NCBI GenBank assembly: GCA_039812345.1
Contig: JBDIAJ010000001.1
Span: 1 to 57,374, forward strand
DNA: 57,374 nt
Source: Nostocoides sp.
GTDB taxonomy: Bacteria > Actinomycetota > Actinomycetes > Actinomycetales > Dermatophilaceae
Direction: 5' to 3'
Shown here: positions 1 to 11,024 of the stretch, in pieces
How the letters are laid out: every line of letters begins with the position of its first letter
Numbering within the stretch: position 1 is the first letter of the stretch
Program-made: the position numbers and the translations under genes
The notes under the pieces: model-generated
Told to the model about the DNA's origin: nothing
The model's database searches: none
Seen by the model: only the letters and a program-made list of their open reading frames with translations

Positions 1-75
<75 letters not shown>

Positions 76-87
76 CCACCCGCGCTC

Positions 88-161
88 GGGGCGTTAGCTC
101 AGTCGGTCAGAGCAGCGGACTCATAATCCGTCGGTCCAGGGTTCAAGCCCCTGACGCCCCA
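88..161 (+). tRNA. tRNA with CAT anticodon (probably tRNA-Ile2, lysidine type; elongator Met not excluded)
   Basis: GGGGCGT/ACGCCCC acceptor stem, CGGA-CTCATAA-TCCG anticodon arm, GGTTCAAGCCC T-arm, no encoded CCA; paired G1 argues against initiator tRNA. Confidence 0.9.
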
Positions 162-622
162 CCGATGGACATGCTTGCCGCGAGGGTGGCGCCCAGTTCC
201 CAGCAGGCCTCCACCTCGTCGGCGGTCGGCACTCCGGAGACGACCACATCGGGGCGGGTGCGAACCCAGCCGAGGCCGGTCGTGATCGTCTCGATGGCGC
301 GTTGGGCGCCCTCGGGCCCCTCGTTGGCGTGGAGGTAGGCGGCATACGGCAGGCCGCGGGTCTCGGCCCGGACGGGGTAGTAGACGGTGTCGAAGAAGTG
401 CTTCAAGGCGCCGGAGATGTAGCCGAGATTCGCGGGTGTGCCGAGGACGATCGCCCCGGCGCCGAGCACGTCGGCGGCCGTGGCGGCCAGCGCCGCCCGC
501 AGGACGACCTCGACGCCCGTGATCCCCTCGGCCCGGGTGCCGGAGACGACGGCATCGAGCATCGCCTCGGTGGCCGGCGAGACCGTGTGGTGGACGATGA
601 GCAGGCGGGGAGGGCGCGCCAT
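143..622 (-). CDS. Flavodoxin-like / NAD(P)H-dependent oxidoreductase (WrbA-like fold)
   Basis: LLIVHHT-SP-T..., LGTPANLGYISGALKHFFD flavodoxin-family motifs; start placed at ATG 622, 7 nt after TACATT. Confidence 0.8.
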   Translation of the reverse strand: MARPPRLLIVHHTVSPATEAMLDAVVSGTRAEGITGVEVVLRAALAATAADVLGAGAIVLGTPANLGYISGALKHFFDTVYYPVRAETRGLPYAAYLHANEGPEGAQRAIETITTGLGWVRTRPDVVVSGVPTADEVEACWELGATLAASMSIGGASGA

Positions 623-667
623 ACGGACGAATGTAGCCGGGCGAGGGCCGCCGACTCTCCTCCCTCC

Positions 668-688
668 TTTGTCGCACGTTGCGATAAA
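668..688. promoter_or_regulatory. Candidate NrtR operator (21-bp palindrome)
   Basis: TTTGTCGCA-CGT-TGCGATAAA, one mismatch from perfect, just upstream of the pncB -10 (TACGCT 695-700); the operon encodes an NrtR-like regulator. Confidence 0.65.
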
Positions 689-707
689 CAGGAGTACGCT
701 CTGGCGC

Positions 708-1985
708 ATGCGCACCTCCCCGGCGCTCCTGACGGACCGCTACGAGCTGTCGATGTATGCCGCGCTGCTCGCCGAGGGGAGCGTCGACGCCCCCGCGACC
801 TTCGAGCTCTTCGCCCGGCGGCTGCCGGAGGGGCGGCGGTTCGGCATGGTCGCCGGGCTCGGGCGCTTCCTCGACCACCTCGCGCGGTTCCGGTTCGACG
901 AGCCCACCCTGGCCTGGCTCACCGAGGCCGGCGTCGTCGACGCGACCACGGCGGCCCACCTCGCCCGCTGGCGCTTCGGCGGCGACATCGACGCCTACCC
1001 CGAGGGCGAGCTCTGGTATCCCAACTCGCCGATCGTCTCCGTCCGGGCACCGCTCGGCGAGGGCCTGCTCCTCGAGACCCTCGCCCTGTCGATCCTCAAC
1101 CACGACAGCGCGATCGCGTCCGCGGCGGCCCGGATGGTGCTCGCCGCGCAGGGCCGTGGCCTCATCGAGATGGGCTCGCGCCGCACCCACGAGGACGCGG
1201 CGATCGCCACCGCTCGGGCGGCCTACCTCGCCGGCTTCACGACGACGTCCAATCTCGCGGCCGGCGCAGCATACGGCGTCCCCACGGCTGGCACGGTCGC
1301 GCACGCGTTCGTCCTCGCGCACGCGAGCGAGCGGGACGCCTTCGACGCCCAGATCCGCTCCCAGGGTGTCGCCACCACCCTCCTCGTCGACACCTACGAC
1401 ACGACGCGGGGCATCGCCACGGCGGTCGAGGTCGCCCGGACGTATGGCGCGACCGGGCCGGGTGCGATCCGGATCGACTCGGGCGACCTCCCGACCGCCG
1501 TCGCCGCGGCCCGCAGCCAACTCGACGACCTCGGTGCGACCGACACACGGATCGTCGTCACCTCCGATCTCGACGAATACCTCATCACCGAGCTCGCCCC
1601 CTCGGCCGTCGACGCCTATGGCGTCGGCACCCGCGTCGCCACCGGATCGGGCCACCCCACCGCCGGTTTCGTCTACAAGCTGGTCGAACTGGACGGGCGG
1701 CCGGTGGCCAAGCGCGCCTCCGGCAAGGGCAACGTCGGCGGCGCGAAGACCCCCTATCGCCACCCCGACGGACGCGAGGCGTTCCGGGTCGACGGGATCG
1801 TCCCCGACGGCGCCCGCGCCCTGCACGTCCCCGTCGTCCGCGGGGGAGTCGTCGTCCACACGCCGACCCTCACCGACATCCGGTCGTATGCCGCATCCGC
1901 CCTCGCCGCCCTGCCCGCACCCGCCCGGGCGCTCACCTCGGGCCCGCCCGCCACCACCGCCGAACTCGAAGGAGCCCCCGCATGA
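708..1985 (+). CDS. pncB: Nicotinate phosphoribosyltransferase
   Basis: ALLTDRYEL, EMGSRR, TSN, GTVAH (phospho-His), LLVDTYD, IRIDSGD, VYKLVE motifs. Confidence 0.95.
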   Translation: MRTSPALLTDRYELSMYAALLAEGSVDAPATFELFARRLPEGRRFGMVAGLGRFLDHLARFRFDEPTLAWLTEAGVVDATTAAHLARWRFGGDIDAYPEGELWYPNSPIVSVRAPLGEGLLLETLALSILNHDSAIASAAARMVLAAQGRGLIEMGSRRTHEDAAIATARAAYLAGFTTTSNLAAGAAYGVPTAGTVAHAFVLAHASERDAFDAQIRSQGVATTLLVDTYDTTRGIATAVEVARTYGATGPGAIRIDSGDLPTAVAAARSQLDDLGATDTRIVVTSDLDEYLITELAPSAVDAYGVGTRVATGSGHPTAGFVYKLVELDGRPVAKRASGKGNVGGAKTPYRHPDGREAFRVDGIVPDGARALHVPVVRGGVVVHTPTLTDIRSYAASALAALPAPARALTSGPPATTAELEGAPA

Positions 1986-2593
1986 CCCGCGCCCTGCTCG
2001 TCGTCGACGTCCAGCCCGACTTCTGCGAGGGCGGCGCCCTCGCCGTCACCGGCGGCAACGCCGTCGCCACCGCGATCGCCGACCACCTGGGCGCCGCGGC
2101 CTACGACCTCGTCGTGACCAGCCAGGACTGGCACCGCCCGAGCGGGGACAACGGCGGCCACTTCGCGACCGTCCCGGACTATCGCGACACCTGGCCCGCG
2201 CACTGCATCGCCGACACCCCAGGTGCGCGGCTGCATCCCGCGCTGGCCGCGGCGCTGGCGGCCGTCGACACCCCGATCGTCCACGTCCGCAAGGGACAGG
2301 GCGCGCCCGCCTACTCCGCCTTCGAGGGCGTCACCGACGACGGGGAGCCGCTCGCCGGCGTGCTCGAGCGGGCCGGTGTCCGGGACCTCGACGTCGTCGG
2401 GATCGCCACCGACCACTGCGTGCGGGCCTCGGCGCTGGACGGCATACGGCACGGTCTCGACACGACGATCCTCGCCGGGCTGCACGCCGGCGTCGCCGCC
2501 GACTCGACCGTGGCCGCGCTCGCGGACCTCCTCGACGCCGGTGTCACGGTCGGGCTGCCCCTCGCGCCCGTCGTGGAGGCCTCCGATGTCTGA
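1982..2593 (+). CDS. pncA: Nicotinamidase/pyrazinamidase (isochorismatase family)
   Basis: ALLVVDVQPDFCEGG, QDWH, WPAHC, KG..YSAFEG, GIATDHCV; ATGA overlap with pncB. Confidence 0.93.
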   Translation: MTRALLVVDVQPDFCEGGALAVTGGNAVATAIADHLGAAAYDLVVTSQDWHRPSGDNGGHFATVPDYRDTWPAHCIADTPGARLHPALAAALAAVDTPIVHVRKGQGAPAYSAFEGVTDDGEPLAGVLERAGVRDLDVVGIATDHCVRASALDGIRHGLDTTILAGLHAGVAADSTVAALADLLDAGVTVGLPLAPVVEASDV

Positions 2594-3326
2594 GGAACCG
2601 AGGATGCCGTATGACGCCCGCGCCTACCCACCGGTCGCCGTCACCGTCGATCTGTGTGTCTTCACGATCCGCTCCGGCGCGCTCCAGGTCCTCCTCGTCG
2701 AGCGCGGGGAGGACCCGTATGCCGGGCTCTGGGCGCTGCCCGGGGGCTTCATCGAGCCCGACGAGGACGCCGCGCAGGCGGCGGAACGGGAACTGGCCGA
2801 GGAGACCGGCGTCCGCTCCGGCTTCCACGTCGAGCAGCTGGCGAGCTACTCCACCCCCGACCGCGATCCGCGGATGCGCGTGGTCTCGATCGCCCACGTC
2901 GCCTTCGCCCCGGATCTGCCCGAACCGGTCGCCGGGTCCGATGCGGCCACGGCCCGTTGGTGGGCCATCGCCGACCTGCCCCTCGACGGCAACGAGGCGC
3001 CGGCGCCGGAGCGCCTCGCCTTCGACCACGCGGCGATCCTCGGCGACGCCCTGGAACGGGTCCGGGCCAAGCTCGAGTACACCACCCTCGCGACGTCCTT
3101 CGTCACCGCCCCGTTCACGCTCGGCCAACTCCACCGCGTGTATGCCGCGGTCTGGGGGACCCCGCCCCATCGTGGGACCTTCATTCGCAAGGTCCTCTCG
3201 ACACCGGGGTTCGTCGAACTCGCCGACGCGCCCTCGGCGCGGGCCACCGGCGTGGGTCGCCCCCCGACCGCGTTCTATGCCGCCGGACGGGCGACTCATC
3301 TGCACCCGGCGCTGCTGCGGGGCTGA
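2586..3326 (+). CDS. nrtR: NUDIX + winged-helix regulator, NrtR family
   Basis: VTVDLCVF, WALPGGF...AAERELAEETG Nudix box, PDRDPRMRVVS, LAFDH, KLEYT, C-terminal FTL..L..VY and GRP wHTH; located in an NAD salvage operon. Confidence 0.85.
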   Translation: MSEEPRMPYDARAYPPVAVTVDLCVFTIRSGALQVLLVERGEDPYAGLWALPGGFIEPDEDAAQAAERELAEETGVRSGFHVEQLASYSTPDRDPRMRVVSIAHVAFAPDLPEPVAGSDAATARWWAIADLPLDGNEAPAPERLAFDHAAILGDALERVRAKLEYTTLATSFVTAPFTLGQLHRVYAAVWGTPPHRGTFIRKVLSTPGFVELADAPSARATGVGRPPTAFYAAGRATHLHPALLRG

Positions 3327-3692
3327 CCGGCGAACTCACAGCTTGATCCCAGTCTGTTTGCAGAATCGGCGAGCATTGTTGACCCATCGCACCCGCGGGA
3401 CCGGGTGCGAACCCCACAAGGGGCGTCGCCATGGACTGCAACCCCTCCCTCAGCAGAGGCGACGCTCCCTCGCGATCGGGCCGGTACCCCCTCACCGGCC
3501 CGATCGCCCATTTCCGGGGTGGGTGCGCGGCGGGAGAGCGCGCTGGGGTCAGCGACAAGCCTGTGACGTCTGGTGTGGCCGGTGAGGCTGGTGTCGGTGA
3601 GCCCCATGGGGCACAATGGGCGCACGAACTCTCGTGAGTCCCGGTCTGCGCGGCGTTGGGGAAGACGTCCACCGCACACCAGGAGGATCGGG

Positions 3693-4208
3693 ATGTCCGT
3701 CGGTAGCTCGCGTGCCACCACGCGCGGGGTCGTGTTCATACACTCGACCCCGGCTGCGCTGTGCCCGCACATCACCTGGGCCCTCGAAGCGGTTCTCGAA
3801 CGCCGCCTGGCGATCGAGTGGACCGATCAGCCGGCCGCCCCCGGCCAGAAGCGCGGGGAGTTCTCCTGGGTTGCCCGACCCGGCACCGGCGCGAGCCTGA
3901 CCAGCGCGCTTCGCCCGGTGACCGGAATACGGTTCGAGGTCACCGAGGAGCCGAGCCCCGGTTTGACCGGATCCCGCTGGTGCCACACCCCTCGGCTGGG
4001 GCTGCACCACGCGTGGATGGCACCCAATGGAGACGCCATGGTCGGGGAGGGCCAGCTCAAGGACGTCATGCAGGCCGCGCGGGACACGGGCGACGACATC
4101 GCCGACCTGCTCGACAACCTCCTCGGGGCCGCCTGGGACCACGAACTCGAGGTCTTCCGCTATGCGGGCGAGGGCGCGCCCGTCCGGTGGCTGCACAAGG
4201 TCGGGTGA
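3693..4208 (+). CDS. DUF3145 family protein (conserved actinobacterial)
   Basis: RGVVFIHSTPAALCPHITWA, RFEVTEEPS, AWDHELEVFRYAGEGAPVRWLHKVG; SD AGGAGG at 3681-3686; usual neighbour of the fab cluster. Confidence 0.85.
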   Translation: MSVGSSRATTRGVVFIHSTPAALCPHITWALEAVLERRLAIEWTDQPAAPGQKRGEFSWVARPGTGASLTSALRPVTGIRFEVTEEPSPGLTGSRWCHTPRLGLHHAWMAPNGDAMVGEGQLKDVMQAARDTGDDIADLLDNLLGAAWDHELEVFRYAGEGAPVRWLHKVG

Positions 4209-4232
4209 CGCCCGCGGTTCAGCGGCTGGTGA

Positions 4233-5483
4233 TCAGTAGCTCTTGACGGCGAAGGCGACATTGTGGCCGCCGAAGCCGAAGGAGTTGTTGAGGGCGGCGA
4301 TGTCGCCGGCGGGGAGGGTCCTGGCCTCCCCGTGGACGACGTCGAGGTCGATCTGCGGGTCGAGATTGTCGAGATTGATCGTCGCCGGCGCGATCCGGTG
4401 ATGGACGGAGAGGATCGTCAGCACGCCCTCGAGCGCCCCGGCCGCGCCGAGCAGATGGCCGGTCATCGACTTGGTGGCGCTGATCGCCATACCGTCGGCA
4501 TCCGCGCCGAAGGCGCGCCGGATGGCGTTGGCCTCGGCGACGTCTCCGACCGGGGTCGAGGTCGCGTGCGCGTTGACGTGGATGATGTCGCGGGGCGTGA
4601 GGCCGGCCCGCTGCACCGCCTCGACCATCGCCCGCGACGCTCCGGCGCCTTCGGGCTCGGGGGCGGCGATGTGATGGGAGTCGGCGCTCATCCCGAGACC
4701 GGCGAACTCGGCATAGATCCGTGCGCCGCGGGCCTTCGCGTGCTCCTCGGACTCGAGGACGATGACCGCCGCGCCCTCGCCCATGACGAATCCGTCGCGG
4801 GCGATGTCATAGGGCCGCGAGGCCCGGGTCGGGTCGTCGTTGCGCTTCGAAAGGGCCTGCATCGCGGCGAACCCGCCGATGCACAGCGGGTGCATCGCCC
4901 CCTCGGTGCCGCCGGCGACGACGACGTCGGCCCGGCCGCTGCGGATCATCTCGGCGGCGAAGCCCATGGACTCCGCGCCGGAGGCGCACGCCGACACGAT
5001 CGTATGGGCGCCCGCGCGCGCCCCGAGGTCGAGGGAGACATTGCCGCTGGCCGAGTTGGGCATGAGCATGGGGACCGCGAGCGGGAAGATCCGGCGCGGA
5101 CCCTTCTCGCGGAGGTTCTCCCACTGGTCGATCAACGTCCAGACGCCGCCGATGCCGGTGCCGATGACGACGCCGAGCCGCTCCGGCTCGACCTCGGGCT
5201 TTCCGGCGTCCGCCCAGGCCTCGCGGGAGGCGATGATCGCGTACTGGGCGTTGGGGTCGAGCCGGCGCACCTCGACCTTGGTGAGCACCTGATCGGCCGG
5301 GGTGTGCACGGGCGCGCCGATGGTGACGGGGAGATCATGGGCGGCCACCCAGTCATACGGCAGGGTCCGCACCCCGGAGGTCCCGGCGAGGATCGCCGCC
5401 CAGGTCGAGGCGACGTCGCCGCCGAGCGGCGTGGTCGCGCCGAGTCCGGTGACGACGATCTTGACGTCGGATCCAGCGGTCAT
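4233..5483 (-). CDS. fabF: 3-oxoacyl-ACP synthase II
   Basis: VVTGLG, SACASG (catalytic Cys), NAHATST, KSMTGHLLG, NSFGFGGHN; SD AAGGAG. Confidence 0.95.
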   Translation of the reverse strand: MTAGSDVKIVVTGLGATTPLGGDVASTWAAILAGTSGVRTLPYDWVAAHDLPVTIGAPVHTPADQVLTKVEVRRLDPNAQYAIIASREAWADAGKPEVEPERLGVVIGTGIGGVWTLIDQWENLREKGPRRIFPLAVPMLMPNSASGNVSLDLGARAGAHTIVSACASGAESMGFAAEMIRSGRADVVVAGGTEGAMHPLCIGGFAAMQALSKRNDDPTRASRPYDIARDGFVMGEGAAVIVLESEEHAKARGARIYAEFAGLGMSADSHHIAAPEPEGAGASRAMVEAVQRAGLTPRDIIHVNAHATSTPVGDVAEANAIRRAFGADADGMAISATKSMTGHLLGAAGALEGVLTILSVHHRIAPATINLDNLDPQIDLDVVHGEARTLPAGDIAALNNSFGFGGHNVAFAVKSY

Positions 5484-5568
5484 GTGCGGGCACTCCTTGG
5501 ATGAGCGAGTCGGCGGAACGTCACCTGACACAGTGTCGTCGACGCCGGCGCAGGTGTCCTGATGGGGC

Positions 5569-5607
5569 CGGGTCGAGGAAGCCCACGGGCGGGGCTCCCT
5601 CGACCCG
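5569..5607. terminator. GC-rich hairpin between acpP and fabF (terminator or stabiliser)
   Basis: CGGGTCGAGGAAGCCC...GGGCTCCCTCGACCCG imperfect inverted repeat just downstream of acpP. Confidence 0.55.
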
Positions 5608-5625
5608 ACGATGCCGTATGGCGGG

Positions 5626-5874
5626 TCAGCCCTGGGCGTTCTGGATGAAGGTGACGGCGTCGCCGACGGTGGTGAGGTTCTTGACCTCGTCGTCGGGAAT
5701 GCGGACGCCGAAGGCCTCCTCGGCGTTGACGACGATCGTCATCATCGACAGCGAGTCGATGTCGAGGTCGTCGGTGAAGGACTTGTCCATCTGGACGTCG
5801 GCGACGTCGAGACCGGTCTCCTCGTTGACGATGTTGGCGAGACCCTCGAGGATCTCCTGCTCGGTCTGAGCCAT
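5626..5874 (-). CDS. acpP: Acyl carrier protein
   Basis: DDLDIDSLSM phosphopantetheine site, acidic 82 aa, SD AAGGAG. Confidence 0.95.
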   Translation of the reverse strand: MAQTEQEILEGLANIVNEETGLDVADVQMDKSFTDDLDIDSLSMMTIVVNAEEAFGVRIPDDEVKNLTTVGDAVTFIQNAQG

Positions 5875-5955
5875 GTCGTTCTCCTTGGTTGTGGATCGGA
5901 TGGGTTGGGAAGGGGATGCTGCGGCCCGTTTCACCCGTGGGCCACCGGGAACCTG

Positions 5956-6987
5956 TCAGGGCAGTTCGACGACCTGCGCGGCATAGACCAGGCCGGCCCC
6001 GAAACCGATCTGGAGGGCGAGCCCGCCGTGCGGCACCGCGCCCTCGCGCAACAGCCGTTCGGTCGCCAGGGGGATGGACGCCGCGGAGGTGTTGGCCGTC
6101 GTCGCGATGTCTCGGGCGACGACGATGTCCTTGGGGAGCTTGAGCTGCTTGATCATCGAGTCGATGATCCGCATGTTGGCCTGGTGCGGGATGAACGCGT
6201 CGAGGTCACCGGCCCGGACCCCCGCGGCCTCCATCGCGCGCTGCGCGACCGGGGCCATCCCCCAGACGGCCCAGCGGAAGACCTTGTGTCCCTCCATGGC
6301 GATGGTCGCGCCGTTGCCGGGTTCGGCGGCGATGACGTCGTTCCATGGCTCGCGTTGCCGGATCGTTGCCCAGCTGTCGCCCTCCGAGCCCCAGATCGTC
6401 GGGCCGATCCCGACCCGGTCGCTGCGCCCGACGACGGCGGCGCCGGCGCCGTCACCGAAGATGAAGGCGGTGCTGCGGTCGTGGGGGTCGGTGACGTCGG
6501 AGAGTTTCTCGACCCCGACGACGAGGACATTGGTGGCGCTGCCACCGCGGACCATGTCGGAGGCGAGGGCGATGCCGTGGCAGTAGCCGGCGCACGCGGC
6601 GGAGACGTCGAACGCCGCACAGCGCAGGTCGAACCGGTCGGCGAGCATGGGGGCGGCGGCCGGGGTGCGGAAGGCGTGGGTGACCGTCGCCATGATGACG
6701 GCGTCGATGTCGGTGCTCTCGAGCCCCGCCATCGCGATCGCGTCGGCCGCCGCGGGCTGGGCCATGTCGACGACGCTCTCGTCGGGCCGGGCGAAGCGGC
6801 GCTCGATGATGCCGGAGCGTTCCTGGATCCACTCGTCGGAGGAGTTGATGGCGTCGATGATCTCGGCGTTGGGGACGACCCGCTCCGGGCGATAGCCACC
6901 GACGCCGAGGATGCGCGAGCCGCTTGACCCGCTGGCTCCCTTGATCTTGCCGGTGCCCTTGGGGGAGAAGAGCTTCGGGCGCTTCAT
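5956..6987 (-). CDS. fabH: 3-oxoacyl-ACP synthase III
   Basis: SSDEWIQERSGI, AACAGY, FGDGAGA, HQANMRI, GFGAGL. Confidence 0.95.
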   Translation of the reverse strand: MKRPKLFSPKGTGKIKGASGSSGSRILGVGGYRPERVVPNAEIIDAINSSDEWIQERSGIIERRFARPDESVVDMAQPAAADAIAMAGLESTDIDAVIMATVTHAFRTPAAAPMLADRFDLRCAAFDVSAACAGYCHGIALASDMVRGGSATNVLVVGVEKLSDVTDPHDRSTAFIFGDGAGAAVVGRSDRVGIGPTIWGSEGDSWATIRQREPWNDVIAAEPGNGATIAMEGHKVFRWAVWGMAPVAQRAMEAAGVRAGDLDAFIPHQANMRIIDSMIKQLKLPKDIVVARDIATTANTSAASIPLATERLLREGAVPHGGLALQIGFGAGLVYAAQVVELP

Positions 6988-7922
6988 CGGCTTCCGCCTT
7001 CGGTGGTGGGGGTGTGCTCGCCGAGCATGCGGGTGGCGGCGTCGAGGTCGGCGGGCGTCTTGACCGCGAGGGTCTCGACGCCCTTCATCGCGCGCTTGGC
7101 GAGCCCGACGAGGGTCCCCGCCGGCGCGAGTTCGATCAGTCCGGTGACGCCGGCGTCGAGCATGGCCTGCATGCACAGATCCCACCGGACCGGGTTGGTC
7201 ACCTGAGAGACGAGCCGGGCGAGGAGGTCGGCGCCTTCGGACAGCGCCGCGCCGTCCCGGTTGGAGAGCACCGGGACGGTGGCGGTGGCCGGGACGAGGG
7301 TGTCGGCGAGGGCGGCGAGGTCGGGGACGGCCGGCGCCATGTGGCTCGTGTGGAAGGCCCCGGCCACCTTGAGCGGAATGACCCGCGTCCGCGCCGGTGG
7401 TGCCGCGGCGAGCGCGGCGAGCTGCTCGAGCGTGCCGGCGGCGACGATCTGTCCCGCGCCGTTCATGTTCGCCGGGGTCAGGCCGAGGTCGGTGAGGGTC
7501 GAGACGACCTCGTCGGGGTCGCCGCCGAGCACCGCGCTCATCCCCGTCGGGGTCGCGGCGCTGGCGGCGGCCATGCCTCGGGCGCGGGTGGCGACGAATG
7601 AGACGGCGTCGGTTTCGGACAGGACTGCGGCGGCGGCGACGGCGGTGATCTCGCCCACCGAGTGACCGGCGAGGAGGCCGGGGCGTCCCGCATCGGGCGG
7701 GAGCGCGGCATACGTCAGGAGGCCGGCGGCGACGATCAACGGCTGCGCGACGGCGGTGTCCTTGATGGTGTCCTCGTCGGAGGTCGTTCCATGGGCGACG
7801 AGGTCGATACCGACCGCATCCGACATGGCGACGAGCCGGTCGCGCAGGCCGGGGAGGTCGAGCCAGGGGGTGAGGAAGCCGGGTGTCTGTGAGCCCTGTC
7901 CCGGGCAGACGATCACGAGCAC
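6984..7922 (-). CDS. fabD: Malonyl-CoA:ACP transacylase
   Basis: PGQGSQ, GHSVGE, GAFHT, PVRW; GTG start assumed. Confidence 0.95.
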   Translation of the reverse strand: MLVIVCPGQGSQTPGFLTPWLDLPGLRDRLVAMSDAVGIDLVAHGTTSDEDTIKDTAVAQPLIVAAGLLTYAALPPDAGRPGLLAGHSVGEITAVAAAAVLSETDAVSFVATRARGMAAASAATPTGMSAVLGGDPDEVVSTLTDLGLTPANMNGAGQIVAAGTLEQLAALAAAPPARTRVIPLKVAGAFHTSHMAPAVPDLAALADTLVPATATVPVLSNRDGAALSEGADLLARLVSQVTNPVRWDLCMQAMLDAGVTGLIELAPAGTLVGLAKRAMKGVETLAVKTPADLDAATRMLGEHTPTTEGGSR

Positions 7923-7988
7923 GAGTCCACTGTCCCGCATTCGGCGTCGTCGTGGCGGGACCGAAGGTCATGCAATCTCGGGGTGAGA

Positions 7989-8007
7989 TTTGGAGGAAAG
8001 CTACAAC
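7989..8007. promoter_or_regulatory. Candidate FasR/MabR operator upstream of fabD
   Basis: TTTGG-N9-ACAAC overlapping the regulator stop codon; resembles the TTTGT-N9-ACAAA site at 9196. Confidence 0.55.
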
Positions 8008-9182
8008 CGCTTGGCGAGTCGGGCATAGCGGATGGCGAGGTGGACGGTGTCCGCCTCGTGCGGATCGGTGAGGTCGTATCCGGTGAGGTGGGCGATCCGT
8101 CCGAGGCGATAACGAACGGTGTTGGCATGCACGAACAGGCGTCGCGCGGTCGCCTCGAGGGAGCGCCCGCCCTCGAGATAGGCGGCCGCCGTGTCGAGGA
8201 GGTGGCCCGCGGCGCTGTGCTCGAGCGGGCGCGCGATCCGGGAGATGAGGGCGTTGCGGGCGGGCAGATCCCCGAGCAGGGCCCGCTCGGCGAGCAGGTC
8301 CTGCGCCGACACCGGGCGCGGGGCGTCCGGCCACGCCGCCGCGGCCGCGTGCCCCGAGATCGCGGCCCGCGCCGAGCGCCCCGCGGCGAACAGGTGCGGC
8401 ACGGTCGGACCGACGACGATCGGCCCGTCCCCGAACTCCGCCGACAAGCTCCCCGCGTCCCCGAGGGCGTCCTCGGTCTCGCCGAGCAGGCAGATCACCC
8501 GCCCGCCCTGGACCGCCGCGAGGATGTGCAGGCGCTGGCGGGCGGCGGCCCGGTGCAGCCGGTCGAGGATCTGGGCGGGCTCGATCGGACTGCCGGAGTG
8601 GCTCGGTGGGGGCGTGGCGGCGATGACGGCGACCCGCGTCGTGGCACCCCAGCCGAGGGCGGAGGCCCGAGACGTCATCGCGTCGTCGGCGTCTCCGCGC
8701 AGGATCGCATCGACGACGAGGGCCTCGAGGCGGGCGTCCCAGGCGCCCCGCTGCTCGGCGGCGCCGGCATAGATGTGCGCCGCCCGGAAGGCGACCTCCC
8801 GGCTGTAGCGCAGCATCGCCTCCCGCAACCTCGGCGCGGCCTCCTCGCCGACCAACGCGGCGCTGCGGTCCTCGACGACATCGACGACGGAGCGGATGAG
8901 ATCGAGCGTCTGGCGCAGCGAGATCGACCTGGTCAGGTCCCGCGGGGCGACGTCGAACACCGTGCCCCCCGCGACCTCGGCCGGCATCTCCCGCCCCAGC
9001 CAGCCGACGAAGTTCTTGACGCCGGCGTCCGCGACGAGGGCGACGGAGGCGCGTTCCTGAGCGGTCAGCGCGGCATACCACTCGTGGCGGGCCTCGAGCT
9101 CGGCGAGGGCCGCGCGCGTCAGGTCGCCCGTATGCCGCGCGACCAGTTCCCGGTCGCGCACCGGGAGGTTGGGAGCCACCAC
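8001..9182 (-). CDS. fasR: PucR-family fatty-acid biosynthesis regulator (FasR/MabR orthologue)
   Basis: AERGAWDARLE-like motif (AEQRGAWDARLE), C-terminal HTH SLEATARRLFVHANTVRYRL; directly upstream of fabD. Confidence 0.88.
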   Translation of the reverse strand: MVAPNLPVRDRELVARHTGDLTRAALAELEARHEWYAALTAQERASVALVADAGVKNFVGWLGREMPAEVAGGTVFDVAPRDLTRSISLRQTLDLIRSVVDVVEDRSAALVGEEAAPRLREAMLRYSREVAFRAAHIYAGAAEQRGAWDARLEALVVDAILRGDADDAMTSRASALGWGATTRVAVIAATPPPSHSGSPIEPAQILDRLHRAAARQRLHILAAVQGGRVICLLGETEDALGDAGSLSAEFGDGPIVVGPTVPHLFAAGRSARAAISGHAAAAAWPDAPRPVSAQDLLAERALLGDLPARNALISRIARPLEHSAAGHLLDTAAAYLEGGRSLEATARRLFVHANTVRYRLGRIAHLTGYDLTDPHEADTVHLAIRYARLAKRL

Positions 9183-9195
9183 GGGCCCCACCCTA

Positions 9196-9214
9196 TTTGT
9201 GCGAGGGCGACAAA
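9196..9214. promoter_or_regulatory. Candidate FasR/MabR autoregulatory operator
   Basis: TTTGT-GCGAGGGCG-ACAAA abutting the minus-strand -10 TAGGGT (9190-9195). Confidence 0.6.
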
Positions 9215-9253
9215 ACTCCCGCGGCGCGGCATCCGCGCTGCTCAGGTGGGTCG

Positions 9254-11011
<1,758 letters not shown>

Positions 11012-11024
11012 CTACGCTCGGGGG

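Noticed and set aside
3431-3637. 68-aa ORF in the nrtR-DUF3145 gap
   Set aside because: No SD or recognisable motif, atypical codon usage, and it overlaps the putative DUF3145 promoter.
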